Assembly (NCBI GenBank): GCA_040954595.2
Contig: CM082576.2
Span: 11,597,129 to 11,661,128, forward strand
Length of the DNA: 64,000 nt
Source: Balanoglossus misakiensis
Lineage: Eukaryota; Animalia; Hemichordata
Reading direction: 5' to 3'
Below, piece by piece: positions 1-14,054 of the stretch (positions are counted from its first letter, which is position 1; the number at the start of each line of letters is the position of its first letter). The position numbers were made by a program, and so were the translations under genes. The notes beneath the pieces were generated by a model. That model had not been told where the DNA came from. It did no database searches and was given only the letters and a program-made list of their open reading frames with translations.

Positions 1-77
1 CCGTCCATGCACTAAAATGACCACATAGGCCTACAATTTACAGAACCAATACCACGCTGACTTCTCACTCTGCACAG

Positions 78-1625
78 GCTGTCATTATTCACAGTGAGGA
101 CGTAACACCAGACATGACCAAAGGTTACGTGGTACAGGCGCACATCTTGCCGTCTGAAAGCAACCCGAGAGAGGAGAAATTCGTCGCCTATTGCGACCCC
201 GGCATGTTGCCTGGCAACTCGTTCGGGGCCAACGCCCACGGGCTTGTTGTCACTGGCAATATCCTGTTTCAAAAGGGAATCACGTCAAGGAACGCAATCG
301 GTACGCACTTGAGATCAAACCAGTAGGGTTCTTTATAAGTTGTAAATACATGTACAAGAGCTAACTGCATGGCTAGTTAAAATATATTTCATTCGGTTTT
401 CAATAAAAGACAAAACAGCAATGTCTTCATTATCATCTGTTCCAACTACTCATCCCCAACACACAGCACGCAAATTTGTCACGAGGGCGCTGCTGTCATC
501 AGAAAACCTGGAAGACGTCATCCGTATCATCAAACGGCCGCCGGGAGTTGGGTCAGCCTTCAATGTCAATGTTGCCACCAAGGGCAACGGTGGCTCGGAG
601 AAACCGTCGTTCTACAGCGTGGAGTTTGCTCACAGTCCAGAGGGCTCTGTGGTTGATGTACACGAGTATGGAGAAGGGATGTCGTACCATTTAAATATGT
701 GAGTGATAGATAGATGCAGTACCGTCGCGAGAAATCGATGACTTGGAAATGCGCAAATTGGCCAAAATTGTAACAAAATCCTGACCTTATAATAAATATA
801 GTAGGGAGACGATACACAGTAACTTGCACCTTTCATTTTTAGTGTCTATTTTTTTAATTCGGTCGCATGACACTCAAGCTTTCTGAAATTCGTGTACGCC
901 ACACTGAACTCTTCACAGGTACCAAAGACTGAAAGTGGACCACTTTGTCGACGAAAGTTCTCTACACAGATCTGCTCGTATCCAAGAACTTTCCACACCA
1001 CAGTCCATGAAAGATCTATTGGAAATAATAAGTGATACAGACAACCAGACCTATCCCATCTTCCGAGTCGCTTGTCCACCTGACCCGTATGCCACAGCCT
1101 GTATAGGTGCGACATGCAATACATTACTCAATTTTGATCGTCCATTTTGTACAATACTTGTCGCTCTTATCCCGCGTCATAGTTTTCATAGTTTCTCGTA
1201 AAACTATGCATTAAAGCCGACTATGAGCTACTTTCTTGGAGCACGGGGAAAGTTGGCGCATTTGAACTTTGAGCCGTTGTAAGTCAACATGGCAGCGCAA
1301 CCAACAATTTCCTTGCGCATTTCAACAAACTTGGGCATATTGTGGAGTATTCTGCGTGTAAAATCATAGACCTGGAAGCGATGTGGTAGAAAACACCTCA
1401 CAATGTAAAGACAATATCCACCGAATGATTGTCGTACGTCAAGTGTACCCAATGGTGATTATTGAATGCAAATTTCATGTAATTTTATTTGCAGGGGCAT
1501 TTGATGTAATGAACGATTTGCTGTATGTCTACAGAGGAAACCCAAAGGAATGCGAATACCAGCCAAGTGCAGTGTTTAACATACGAAATCATATCCAAGA
1601 ATTGTTCAGTTCTTTCAAACCCTAA
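78..1625 (+). CDS. C45 family peptidase / Tan-like (beta-alanyl-amine hydrolase, Ntn-hydrolase fold), 5'-truncated by window edge
   Basis: Four GT-AG exons join in frame (78-300, 467-698, 919-1106, 1495-1625). Peptides AVIIHSED..VQAHI..EEKFVAYCDPGMLPGNSFGANAHGLV, ARKFVTRALL and SSLHRSAR..ISDTDNQTYPIFR resemble the Tan/C45 family. The catalytic Cys exon would lie upstream of the window. Confidence 0.75.
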
Positions 1626-2404
1626 TTGTTTTTATTAAAGTGGAGACATCGTTCCCAATCCATGATTCTAAAAATGTGTGACCTGGTTTTACCATCCAGT
1701 CGTGATAATGTTCTCCATTGAAATATTTGTCTCGCCAATCCATTTACACTGAGTGTAATGCCAAGTCTGATAAGACAATGGGTCACTAGACCCGAAGCAA
1801 TGTGAACTTTGATGCATTGTGAAATTTTCGGATATCTTGTAAATCATATGGATGATTTATATCAGATTGTGGCTTATAACGCCCCCAACGTTAGAAACAC
1901 GATAGGCAAACTGTGACCTTTCAACTTATATTACATTTGAAATCCCCAGCACAGTGAAAGTGCGAGACGCAATGTTTGCAGAGTATATTACGAAAACAGT
2001 TTACGAGGAAAGGCTGGCATATAAATAAAATGACTCATGTCTCGTGTATCATGTATGAGTTCTTTAGTTTTTTTAAATCATGATGAACATTACACCGCAT
2101 TTCTAGTCATTTTGGCTGCCGCTATATTTGAATAATTTACACAGTCTTGGGTGGGCGTGATATAGACAACACCTGCAACAGACGACCAAGCCGGTAACTT
2201 CGTAAATTGTATGATTTGGTAAGCTTTCTTGGTTACATGTTACACCGAGGGGTTCAGCAGCTAGTTACAGGTATTTCTAGGCGTGCGAAGTGTAGTACTT
2301 TCATCTGCATACGCACGCACGACGGTCGGGCTGATAAACTCCGAGTCCGAAGCAGACGAATACATTCTGTCGTTGGAAGTGTTTCAGGTGTGCCAACCAA
2401 CACC

Positions 2405-5400
2405 ATGAGTAAAGACACAAGACATCACATGGGTCGGACTGTCAGCCATCCCCAGGGCGCGACCAGAGCCTATCACGTCGATACGGACAAAGAAACAGTT
2501 AAGGAGAACAAAGGTTTGTTTTAAAATTACATTTCGCCCTCGAATCTTCGTGACATTTTGCCCTTTGAGTCGGGCTTTCTTGTCAGTATGTCCACAGTCC
2601 CTCCCTCCCTGTACATTATACATGCATATTTGTTTACACGGCGCTGGCCTATGACACAAACGACCCTCACGCGACTATGGAGCGTAGTATTATACTTTGG
2701 TGAGTGTATATAAGTCAATAAACTTTTTTTAATTATGACATTGCATTATATTTGCAGCGAAGTTTGCTAAAATGACTCCGGAAGAAAAACGAAATCTTTA
2801 CAAATGTGGTGGAGATTTCAAGACTTTAGACCAGGTTCCAACATGGCCGGAATATGCAAGTAATATGAAAGTGAGGAGCCCAAAGAAAAGCAAGCTTTTA
2901 AAAGGTGAGATCACTCCTATTAAAGTCAACAAAAACATTTTAATAACATTTGAAGTACATATTTTGAGCTTGCTAGAAAGGTGTGGTTGAATTTTCTAGT
3001 GAAATAGAATGATTGCAAAATTCTCGGTCATTGCTGGATGGTTCTTTCAACTCTCCTTCAAAAGTGATTACATGCTTGAATACATCATGTGTATGTTGTG
3101 GTTTTTTATTTAGAATTCAGGGCGAAACCTGATAAACCTGTTAGTGTTAATGACAAACTAAACCAGAAGATGTCAATCTGGCGTGGTGACATCACAGTGT
3201 TGGAAATCGATGCTATTGGTAACGCTGCCAATTCTACTCTTATGGGAGGAGGTGGAGGTGAGTAATTTTCTTCACAGTGATTCAGTATGTGGATCTATAG
3301 AAAACTGGCCATGTACATGTACTGCGCATGCTAGCAGTAGTATTATTTTTGTACATTGTACATACAGTAAGTTTGGACCTCGAAAGTGGAAACTAGGGGT
3401 GAAAGGGTTAAATGTGCCATGCCAATGAAGCAGCCCTTTATATGGTCAAGGGTGAATATTCAGAATGACTGCAGAAATGGATTTGAAATCTTCATTCTCA
3501 TCTCTCTCCTTACGTCTTCAATATACAGTTGACGGATGCATCCATAGGGCAGCAGGGTCATACCTCAAAAAGGAATGTTCATTGTTAGATGGATGTAAAA
3601 CTGGTGACGCTAAGATTACATCAGGTAAGTTGCTTTGGGTATTTTTCCAGTAGCAGACACATCTCCAGCAGCCGGAATCGGTTGCCTTTGACCTCAGATC
3701 CCTAACACAACCATGTAAAGCATTGCTTGATCAGTACAAAGACATTGTGAAGAATTCCTTAAATAACCCTATCTCCCATTACTAACCAGAATCAAAGTCA
3801 CCAACTGTTTAATATGCAATTTTCTTTACATATATTTTCTTTCAGGATACAAGTTACCCGCTAAACGTAAGTTTGTGGTGTTACCCGGTATGTAGGTAAT
3901 GATTTATGTGAATGAATGAATTTGTTTTAATGTCGTTTTGTGTGCAGATTGGCGGAAGGATTCATTGTTCATCGCAGAAAGCTTAAAAAGAAGATTACTT
4001 TGAACAGCTATTATTTACCTCCAGTAACCAACATGATTTTTTTCTTTTTCTTCGTTAATCAAAAATAATTCAGATGTCATTCACACTGTTGGTCCAATGG
4101 GAGAAAATAGATGCAAACTCGAAAGCTGCTACGAACGTTGCTTAGAGGTGCTTAAAGAGAACAACCTCAGGTCCCTGGCAATGCCTTGTGTCTCAACGGG
4201 AATCTACGGTAAGTAAATGCACATAGTCAATTTATTTGAATTGTCCTACACTTTTAAGTTTGAAGTTGAATGCAGGTGACAGGTTTTCCAAAGTGTATAT
4301 CTAGTGTATATTCTGTGAAAATGAAAGAAAACATAATAATTTTGAAACCATTCCAAGACCACCAAAGTATTGACAAAGCACAACATTTTAAAAGTGCACA
4401 TTAGTTAACTTACTGTGGTTATTGTTGCCTGAGTCAAATGTATTTTTTTCCTTCAAAATCCAGGTTACCCCAGTGAAAAAGCAGCTCCAGTAGTAATAGG
4501 TACAGTCAGAAAATGGTTAGAAACTGAAAATAATGCTGACTTGGTAAGTACACCAGTATTTACCCTTTCACCACCATGGTTCAGTCCAAACCCTTTGAGG
4601 TTGCAGACTAAACCGCAATAAGCTCACAGTTCCATAGTGTATTTTTTTAGAATATACGACATGAGACAGGAAACTGGATTGGAGAATGGCAAATATTATC
4701 TAACTCTCTATTGCTTGTTTCAGGTTGACCGAATCATATTTTGCCTCTTTCTGAAAGAAGACGTTCGGTTATATGAAGAATCGATGGCTGAGTATTTTCC
4801 TCTCAAAGGTGCTGATGATGATCCGGGCCACAAAGAAACTAATAAAGAGGATGTGGAAGATGCAGAAGATGTAAAGTCAGGTAGGGTAAAAAAGGCTTCA
4901 ATATCTTGCATCATTCAGGACAATTTTTTTTATAAATAGCCAAAATTTGATGGGAAGCAAAGAGAGAGTTCAAGGATTCAATTTTCATCTTTCTACTCAT
5001 GTTAAATACTTTTTTTACACAGGAAGATTTTTTGCCATAATGTGTACTTCACTCAGCATGTCTCTCTCTTAACCCGGTATTTCATCTTGTATGAATAGAC
5101 GATGCGCCAGTTGCCGAGGACCGGTCACCCAAAGCGAAGGTTGCCAAAACGGAGAAGGATAATGGAAAGGAAGAACTACCAAAGGAGGATGTGGTTGTCG
5201 GAAATGATGATGCGTCAGATGAGAGTGCAGTAAAATTGGAAGGTACTCAAGGAGGAGATGGTAAAGATGTTGTGGACGGAGAAATCGCGGATGGTGCATC
5301 AGACGATAGTGCAGTAAAAGTGGAAGGTACTGAAGAAGGAGAGAGTAAAGATGGTGTGGATGGAGAAATCGCGGAGGAGCAGATCAGCAAGGATGCGACA

Positions 5401-5610
5401 GGTGCTGAATCGGCCACACCAACTTCAGACTCGGGGACTGTCAGTGCGGAGAAGGCGAGTGGAGAGGAGACCTGTGAAGCGGGTCTCAAAGACGAAACAG
5501 AAGTCGGGGAGAGTCTGCCAGAGTCGAAGCCAGTTGGAGTCTCAGACCAGGAGGAGACTGTGGAGAGAACTGATTTCGGTGTCGTCTCTGATGACGATGA
5601 TGATAAATGA
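2405..5610 (+). CDS. MACROD2: Macro-domain ADP-ribose glycohydrolase (MACROD1/2-like) with long acidic C-terminal tail
   Basis: Exons ~2405-2514, 2758-2904, 3114-3257, 3529-3624, 3846-3866, 4074-4208, 4464-4542, 4724-4880, 5099-5610. Motifs [54 protein letters not shown] and [11 protein letters not shown] are present. Confidence 0.9.
5206..5373 (+). repeat. Coding tandem duplication, 2 x 84 nt (28 aa), in the macro-domain protein tail
   Basis: [28 protein letters not shown] is followed directly by [28 protein letters not shown]. Confidence 0.85.
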
Positions 5611-6337
5611 TAACGTGACCGGAGGATTGTGTCCATCCCCCCGCAATGTGACAATCATGTAAGAATAACGAAATACCTGCCTAATGGGCATCTCAGCACT
5701 TCCCAAAGACTGTTCTGGGGTGAAGGTCAGTATCAATTAGGAAGTTTCAAACACTCATCAAATTTGCTGAGATTTTTGTGGTTAGTCTGTTGAGATACGC
5801 AATAGGACAGTATGTGTACACATGTATTATTTTTGTAGTAGTCGTTACTTCTTAGGATTTGAAGTATTCTGTTTTAATTAGTGACTCTCAGTACTTCTTT
5901 GGGATGAAGAAATTAATGCAGGGTTTCTTACGAGTACCAGTACATTTATATCCAAACTTGATATTGGGGACTGTTGGTTCACAGGTGAATGCCTTGATTT
6001 TCCCCTGTCCATGGTAAATATATATGTACATGAATTTGCATAGATTATTTTGTGCCTTCAATTGAAAACTGCTGATACTTTGCAATAATATTAATAATAA
6101 ACAATATTAAAAGACTCTGCTGGAAAATGTAATTTTAGGGCCATGTTTATGTAGTTTCTTGACATTGTGGAAAAATACCCTGAAAACCTACACAAGTATG
6201 CCATGTGTGAATTTAAAGGTTTTGTTGACCCTGTTGTGTAACATGATTTTCATTAAAGTTGTTAGCATCGTGAATCGTACTTTATTCCTGCAAAAACTGT
6301 TTAAGGAGTTGTGTCACTTTTGCTTTCAGGTTAAACA

Positions 6338-6651
6338 CTATTATATTATACCAGTATATTGATGGTGTAAATCACGCTATTTGATTGGTCGAGACACGAC
6401 ACGTGACCGTGATATATTAGCCATATACCACAGTCATATATCATAGTTAAAGAAAATGCCTTTTTAAAATGTTTTATGCAAAGTTTCAATATACTGGCAT
6501 AATATAATAGCAATAAAACACCCCCAGCCATGGTATACCACTCGATTTTGACCAGTTCAACTCCATATACGCACTCGCTATCGCTCGTGCGTATATGTCG
6601 TGAACTGGTCAAAATCTCGTGATATACCATGGCTGGGGGTGTTTTATTGCT
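6338..6651. mobile_element. Non-autonomous double-hairpin element (two abutting inverted repeats)
   Basis: IR1 has 25-bp arms at 6338-6362 and 6486-6510 with one mismatch. IR2 is a near-perfect palindrome at 6509-6651 (AGCAATAAAACACCCCCAGCCATGGTATA...TATACCATGGCTGGGGGTGTTTTATTGCT). Confidence 0.7.
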
Positions 6652-6810
6652 TAAATAATACAACATGTATTATACTTTGAATAAAGGCTTCAACTTTTAC
6701 TGATCATGGTGTCAGACCTGTGCAGAGCTTAGTAATTTGAGACCGGATTGCTAATTGCTAAGAATTACCATGGTGAGGCGGTATGTTTGGAGAGATTATC
6801 TTAACATGCT

Positions 6811-6960
6811 TATGGTGCGCTCAAAATTCCCAGTGGTGTGACAGAACGTGGTGTAAGTTTGCTGTAATGAGCTGAGTTTAGGAGAACCCATCAAATAAGG
6901 TTCACGACGGAATGATTTTGATCAGAATTACCACTGAGGGCGCTATTTTGAACCCAACAA
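6811..6960. mobile_element. Degenerate MITE-like element
   Basis: The left end TATGGTGCGCTCAAAAT..CCCAGTGGT is an imperfect inverted match to the right end ACCACTGAGGGCGCTATTTTGAACCCAACA. Confidence 0.35.
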
Positions 6961-9327
6961 TGCGAGTAGTAATGCAACCAAAAAATGTAATGGTCTTACC
7001 GGAGGAGAGGTAGGTTAAAAACAAAACAAAAATAACTCAGTCCCATAGGTTAAAAAGACGACCCCAATGACATTCAGATCAACAGACAGAGCAAGCAACG
7101 ACAATGCTTTCATACAAAATTCATGACAACTACGAGGCCTTTAGGTCCACCACACCGATCAGATATTTATTGATATGACAGCTAAGTTTACATGATTTAT
7201 GCCAGTATATCCAGTTGCATTTTTAGATATTCATGTTTTACAGTACATGTATATTTTTTCAATATAAGCTTATGATGTCGATCTAAATACTTAATTCACT
7301 TATTTTTCAAGCATGTGTAGGACCAACATGTTCTGAAAGTTTCAGTCGTGGGTGCTCGCGGGAGCTGAATCTTTTCTAGTCTTAATAAAATATAATAGTG
7401 TTGTGGCGTTGAAAAGTTCCGTCATTTTTTTTTCAGAAAAAAAAAATATTCACGAAGACGGTTGTCGCTATGGGTCGTCCAGATCCGAATCCTTTGCTTC
7501 TAATCTTCCGACCGGTCCTATTTTTTTCCTCTGATTTTGAAATATTGGCGAACAATCCTAATTTCCTATCAAAGGCAGCCATGAGTGGAATTACTAGTAT
7601 ATACAGTTGCCCATGTAGATGCCGACCCGATTATCAAATGCCCACCAAAATCCGCTTTTTAAAAACAGGAAGTGTGTTGTGAATTGAGATAAAATGGGTG
7701 ATTTGCTTGGACCGCCATAGAAATCAGGAACTATTAACCAGGACATATTAGAAGTCGATTTCTTAGAATCGCGATTCAAAATTGCGTCAATTTTGTTAGA
7801 AGATGACAACTCAGTCAATCAGTTTTTCACTGTTCGTGATTCATGAAGATAAAACTGCAGGTCCATTCAGACCTGCTTGGTATATATCTGCTTTACTTTT
7901 ATTGAAGTCGATTTTGGAACAAAATTAGTCATTCGTTTTCACTATAGTACGTTACCATGCATGTAGTGCGCAGAATCACCGTGTAAATAATTTAAATATG
8001 TTATAAACTATGATGAAATATACATGTATAGAATAAACGTATCTATAATTCTGCGTCCCAGCGCCTTCAGGTGCGATTTTTAGTATTTCTTCAACATTCA
8101 TTAATGATTTGGTATGTACATAGTGATCACAAGCGGACTGTACCTTATTCAGTTACTATTGCATAATTTATTTGAACCCCAGTGAGCCAATGTTATAGCA
8201 CTGTTAAGTGACAGTGATGGTCTACTTTGAATAAAAATGTCGAACAGAAAGACGCACTATCCGCCTTGTATGTGCGTTCGCAGTTTCGCGTTTCTTTGAT
8301 GTTGCTACCGATAACTATAGTCGGCTACCGGGGCGAGAATAGCCTGAGTTTTCTCGGCAAATGAAGGACAGGCACCGTGTGAAGCGGTGACCCTGCGACC
8401 CCTGGCAGCCGTGGAAAGGTCGCGGAAGCCTTGCCGTGGTAATCATCAACATGGGCGTGTGTGTACATGCTAGTATCTTGTGAACTCATATGGCCGACGC
8501 GTCAACACCGCGTACGCGTCAGTCTTATTACGCTGCCGTCTTCAAAAATAATGACGATATAATACCGGTTGAATACATGCTCATTGACCCGCTCCTTCCA
8601 CGCGTTTGACAGGAACATACGGTGCCGATTGTGAAGCCATATTTGTACAGTCGCCGGTGTCAGAACAAAATTAGGACGACGACGCGCAACGTGGCACACG
8701 TTATTAACAAAGGTCTATACACCAAAGACGTATCTTCTAGATCTTCGCCTAAAATAGATTGTCGTCAATCGATACAGCGGAGTGAGGCACCGCCACTAGG
8801 TAAGCAGTCTTTCTATGCCATGTTGTCTGAAACGTCACGGCAGTGTTAGTGGTAGACTACAAAGCGACATGGTAACTGTATTTCCTAGGACGTGATGTTG
8901 TCATTCAAGACGGATTTTCAACAGGAATTTGGGGCGTGTTATTTCCGTGCCACAAGATAACCCACACATTGACTGTGACAGTACTAAAACCGTGACCTAG
9001 GGGGCCCTTGTTCCCGCTGGGCGCGCCCTGCAGTTAAATATACAGGCGTATATCTATATTAAGCAGTACAAATCACATTATTCAACAACTCCTTTCTGTT
9101 TTATCCATTCCAAAGGTTATTCATGATCAGTTCATCCGCTTACTAAAAAGACGGCGGGACTTGCTGTGCACAGTTGGAGCGGCCACTCCCGATTAAATGC
9201 CCGATTATGTTGTACAGGTGCGAACAGGTGGTTAGCACCCGACGAAATTAAGTGGTGGACCCGGAAACTACGGCGTAGACGGTTTTGAAGTGGTTCTTGC
9301 TAATATCACCCTGTCGACTGGGAAATA

Positions 9328-12300
9328 ATGGCCGTTTACTTCTGGAAGAAGACTCGCGTGCTGATCATACTAGCCGCCTTCGGTTTCATAGCCGGCAGTT
9401 GGAAGCTATTTATGTCTATGCCTACGCCAGACAACCATGCGTCTCAAGTGAGGGGTCAGCGTAAAGACACAGAGGACAATAGGAACGGGCAGGTATGCAG
9501 TGAGAGATTCCCTCCTATATTTTTTTAAAGAATAAAACATGCCTTCTGCATGAGCGTACACGTGGCCGACTTTGTTGTACAAGTTGGCCGTTGAACACTG
9601 ACGTGGCAGTTTATTTATTCCTTCCAACATAAACTCATTTTATGTTTTAGAACTGACCAACGTCACTGAAGTGTTATGGGGTTGGCCCTCAGCTGTCAAC
9701 GGCGACTCTTGATTTACAACAGAAGTCCACGTGGCCTTTTGGTCTCCGCATAAGATCTTTAGATTATGGGATTATATTTAAAGTATCAAATCCGGTGGCA
9801 AGATATTGTTGTATTGGGGGGGGGGGGTCGTCACTAATAGGGCCTGCACGAGGAAGTATTCGTTAGTGACGATATTGTTTCCAGAGGCCAAACGTTGACC
9901 TTCTTTCAGTCTGTCGTGCTGAATTACGTGCAGCTTGAATTCACTTGACAAACGTAGGGAAAAGAAGAAACAAACAGCGTTTTCCGCCCCGTTTATGAAC
10001 AAAAATGACCAGAAGCATGTCTTTTTAGTGTGGCCTTACTCAGGGGCTTTGGGGAGAGGATGAGTGAAAATTACAAAAATGGGTTGGTTTTCGTCCAGAC
10101 ATCTCCCATCTTGAATATGGGTTAGGGATAGGCCGTATAGTACTGCAACTTTAAATATAGTCGGTTATATACATATACCTCATCTCACTATTGTTTCCTA
10201 TAAAAATATCTTTCAACATATTATAGTGTTGATATGGATTTCTCCTGGTAGTAACATCACAGTGCAGTGAGACCGTTACTCTGATTGAACAGTTACTGCA
10301 AACACTTCGGTGATTGAGATCGAGTGCTGGTATCTGTCACCATGGCAACCGGCACTTTGCACTCAGTCGAAGTTATCGATATGTTATGCCTCGTGCAAAG
10401 TAAATAATCGATATCAAGAGAATTGTGACATTAAATGTTGGCCAGTCTGTCAATTGTGCAATAGCAGTATTCATTTTTTTCAAAGATTCAGAAAAATGCA
10501 ATGTACAGTTAATCGGTCCTGTTGCTTTTGACTCATTGCGATAAAATTCATGTCCTGTCGCGTTGGCATGTTCTAATTAACTGAGGGATAGGGGCAAGTC
10601 TGATTAACACAAGCTCACAGTAGTTGATAGTGCAACAAGGTTCCTTTAATCGACGAGCTCAATTCAGAGTCAGGCTCGGAACTAACTGTTGACTGGTTTT
10701 CTCGTATCCCCAGGAGACACACGGTGGCGGAAGAGACAGAGGCGGGAACCCCGAGGGTAGCAACCAAAGGAATGGCGACGCGCATCGCCGGGAAGAAAAT
10801 CCCGGCATAGGGTTGGTTCACGTGGACGGCGTAGAAGTCGACCTGGAGGAACGACGGAGGGAGCTGAGTAGGGACGCCGCCGCACAACGGGACGTTCGCG
10901 ACGCCGACGGAGCCGGGGCCGACGTCGACAACGGTGATAACGGCGACGATGGCAAAGCGCCGGAAACGGACGCTGATGTTCACAACCCGGCCGATGATGA
11001 AATACCAAAGAAGCCCGTTTTAATAATGGGTAAAGTGGGCAACTTCGAACCGCCCGACACGGGTCCTCGTACGGGTTTCGGCGAGAACGGTATTGGCGTG
11101 CGGCTGAACCCGGCGGACGAGGCTAAATATAGCCAGAGTAAAAGGGAATTCGGCTTCAATATGGTCATAAGTGACCAAATTTCATTGGATAGAGCAGTGA
11201 AGGACATCAGAGACCCAGAGTAAGTTCAATTTTATTCAAGATAAGGGTTTAGATGAAGTACTGTTTTATTGGAGAGAGAGAGAGAGAGAGATTTGCAACC
11301 AACACTAATAGACTTGAAGCGACAATTATAATACCCTTTTCAAGTTGACGCAGCCCCCAATTACTGGTTTTACATTTAGGCAAATCATAATCACGTTGGA
11401 TTATGTTGCTGTGAAATAACCAGGCAAATATAGGCATGCATTTTTGTTCAACACAATATTCAGAGCGCGAGAATAATGTTTGCAGATCAATTTATACAGT
11501 ACTAAAAACATGTCGATGCCAGGATGTTTTGTCTATACTTGTTCTGTTCCGACTTGTGTATAAGACCCAGTCCTAAATTTCAGAGCAGAATATTTTGTCC
11601 AATGTAGGGGCCACGGATTAAAAATGAACAAGAAATCATCATCACTAACACAATTCCTGGACCAGTGGGTGTCCGGATATTGTCATATAATGGCCAACCA
11701 AGCTGCGATTTTATACACATGTACTGTATGTACTTTATTCGAGCTTCTTTCGAAAATGCGGCGGTCCAGATCGGAATCACAAATTATGATATCCTTTCGA
11801 TGGCTTTTATAAAAATTAACAAGGACTTCACTATATTTCCGATCGACCTATCACACGACCCTTTACATCACGGCGGTAATTTGATCATTGGCTGCGTCGC
11901 TCCTGCGATCTTTAATAATTGGCTACCCGGTCACCCCGCCACCTCTATCACTCAGTGCGTCATAATATTTGTAATCGGAGCTATCTCGTAAAAGTCACAT
12001 GACCGCCAGTACCAAATGATGTGACCTCGTTCCTACATGACCTCACCCTTCTTCACCAATGTTGGCGTTAAAGAAATTTCGACTTTCGGGTCCATAACCG
12101 TCACATCATCAGCCCCTTTTTTTAATATTTCAAATTTATGAAAACTTCTTCCTCCCGCAAGAAGGGCAAATTCTCGGACATTATTTGATAAGCATAGGGG
12201 AGAATTCGGTCTAAAGTGTAAGCCTACACTATATTACCCGACGGATCGACCCTATGCAAAGCTTGATTAATTAAAACCATTTTTGCGTTCCCCCTACCAA

Positions 12301-14000
12301 CAGATGCAAATATTGGCATTACCCCGAAGATTTGCCAACGGCCAGCGTGGTGATAGTCTTCGTCAATGAGGGCTGGACGACGCTGATGAGAACGGTACAC
12401 AGCGTTATCAACACATCGCCACCTCATCTGCTGGCTGAGATCGTGATGGTTGACGATTTTAGCGACAAAGGTATGTTCAATCCTTCATGATCATTGGTCG
12501 GTGCACCTGGTCGGCGACACTCGGGCGACCGTACCTGTCCACTAATGCAACAAGACTTGCAAACAATAAACTAACTGTGGTTGGCTATGGCGATATTATT
12601 TCGTGTACGCGAAGAACCAGAAACGCGTTTTCAATTTGACAGTGTCTTCGTCTGTTTCAACGCAGGGCACCTTGGTAAAAAGCTAGACGACTACATTGCA
12701 CAGCCGAGGTTCGAAGGCAAGGTGAAGCTGGTCCGGAACAAGCAACGAGAAGGTTTGATCAGGGCGCGAACGATAGGCGCCGTCAACGCCGAAAGGGGAG
12801 AAGTGGTCGTTTTTCTGGATGCTCATTGTGAATGCAGTAAAAACTGGCTGCCGCCGTTGCTGGCGCGTATTAAAGAGGACAGGTTAGCAATGGAAATTAT
12901 TTGGTCTTTGATAAATCTTGTTGCGTATATTCCGGGAGCTGTGGACGAGAGGCAAGACGCGTCGCCCACTACGGCCAAATCTCCAGTCCAATATTCAACC
13001 GATTTTCAGCTCGTTATCATCATCAATCCCCGTAAATATCTTTTACAGAACCGCTGTCGTGTGTCCACTGGTGGATGCCATCGATGCGGACACATACGAT
13101 TATGGTCCCCAAGGTGACGGTGTGGCGCGCGGTGTGTTCAACTGGGACTTTTTCTACAAACGAATTCCAGTTTCCGACAGGGAAAAGGAGCGTAGGAATT
13201 CGGAAACTGAGCCGTACAGGTAATGGAGAAAGCATGCATAGAACAGAATCCAAGCCATCCACGTGATAACATGTCAATCGAAATGAAAATTCGAATGCTT
13301 GTGCTTTTTGTTATTTTGTTATTAAACATCACTTTTTATGGTTTCAGGTCACCGGTGATGGCTGGCGGGCTCTTTGCCCTGTCGAGGGCGTGGTTTTTAG
13401 AATTAGGAGGGTACGACCCCGGGTTAGATATTTGGGGAGGGGAACAATACGAAATATCATTCAAGGTAAGGTTGTCTTTTACAGATGTGTGGGATTGGTG
13501 TCTGGATCGCAAATTTCACTATTGTGTAGATTTGCATATTTAACTTTCTTTGCAGTGGTATTACAAATGAACACTCACTATAATATGATGAACATCTGTA
13601 GGTTTTAAAACAGAAAGCGCCGATATGGGATTTTGTTGGAATTTAATATTCCGACAAATAATTAAAACCGTATGGTATGTTGAATTTTTCTCAGCAACAA
13701 AAGAAATTCTATCCCCAGGAAACGTGGCATTTGACATAATATTTGATGTTTTTACCAGATATGGATGTGTGGCGGAACTTTAGAATTCGTGCCTTGTTCG
13801 CGAGTGGGTCATATTTATCGGCGAGGAGGAATTCCTTACTCGTATCCGAGATCTGGAAATGATGGTGTGTCTGTCGTTAATAAGGTAATTAATATTTTTT
13901 ATTTAGTTATTATTATTTATTTTATTGTCGTTGTCAGTGGTGTGGTGGTGGTTGTGATGGTATCGTTGTCGTCACCACCACCACTACCAGCACCACCAGC

Positions 14001-14054
<54 letters not shown>

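Noticed and set aside
7135-8150. Possible ~1-kb non-autonomous DNA transposon between MACROD and GALNT-A
   Set aside because: The sequence looks repeat-like, but I could not identify convincing matching termini or a TSD.
10801-10812. Apparent TAG stop in GALNT copy A exon 2
   Set aside because: It is out of frame. The coding frame reads GGC ATA GGG TTG, so the gene is not a pseudogene.
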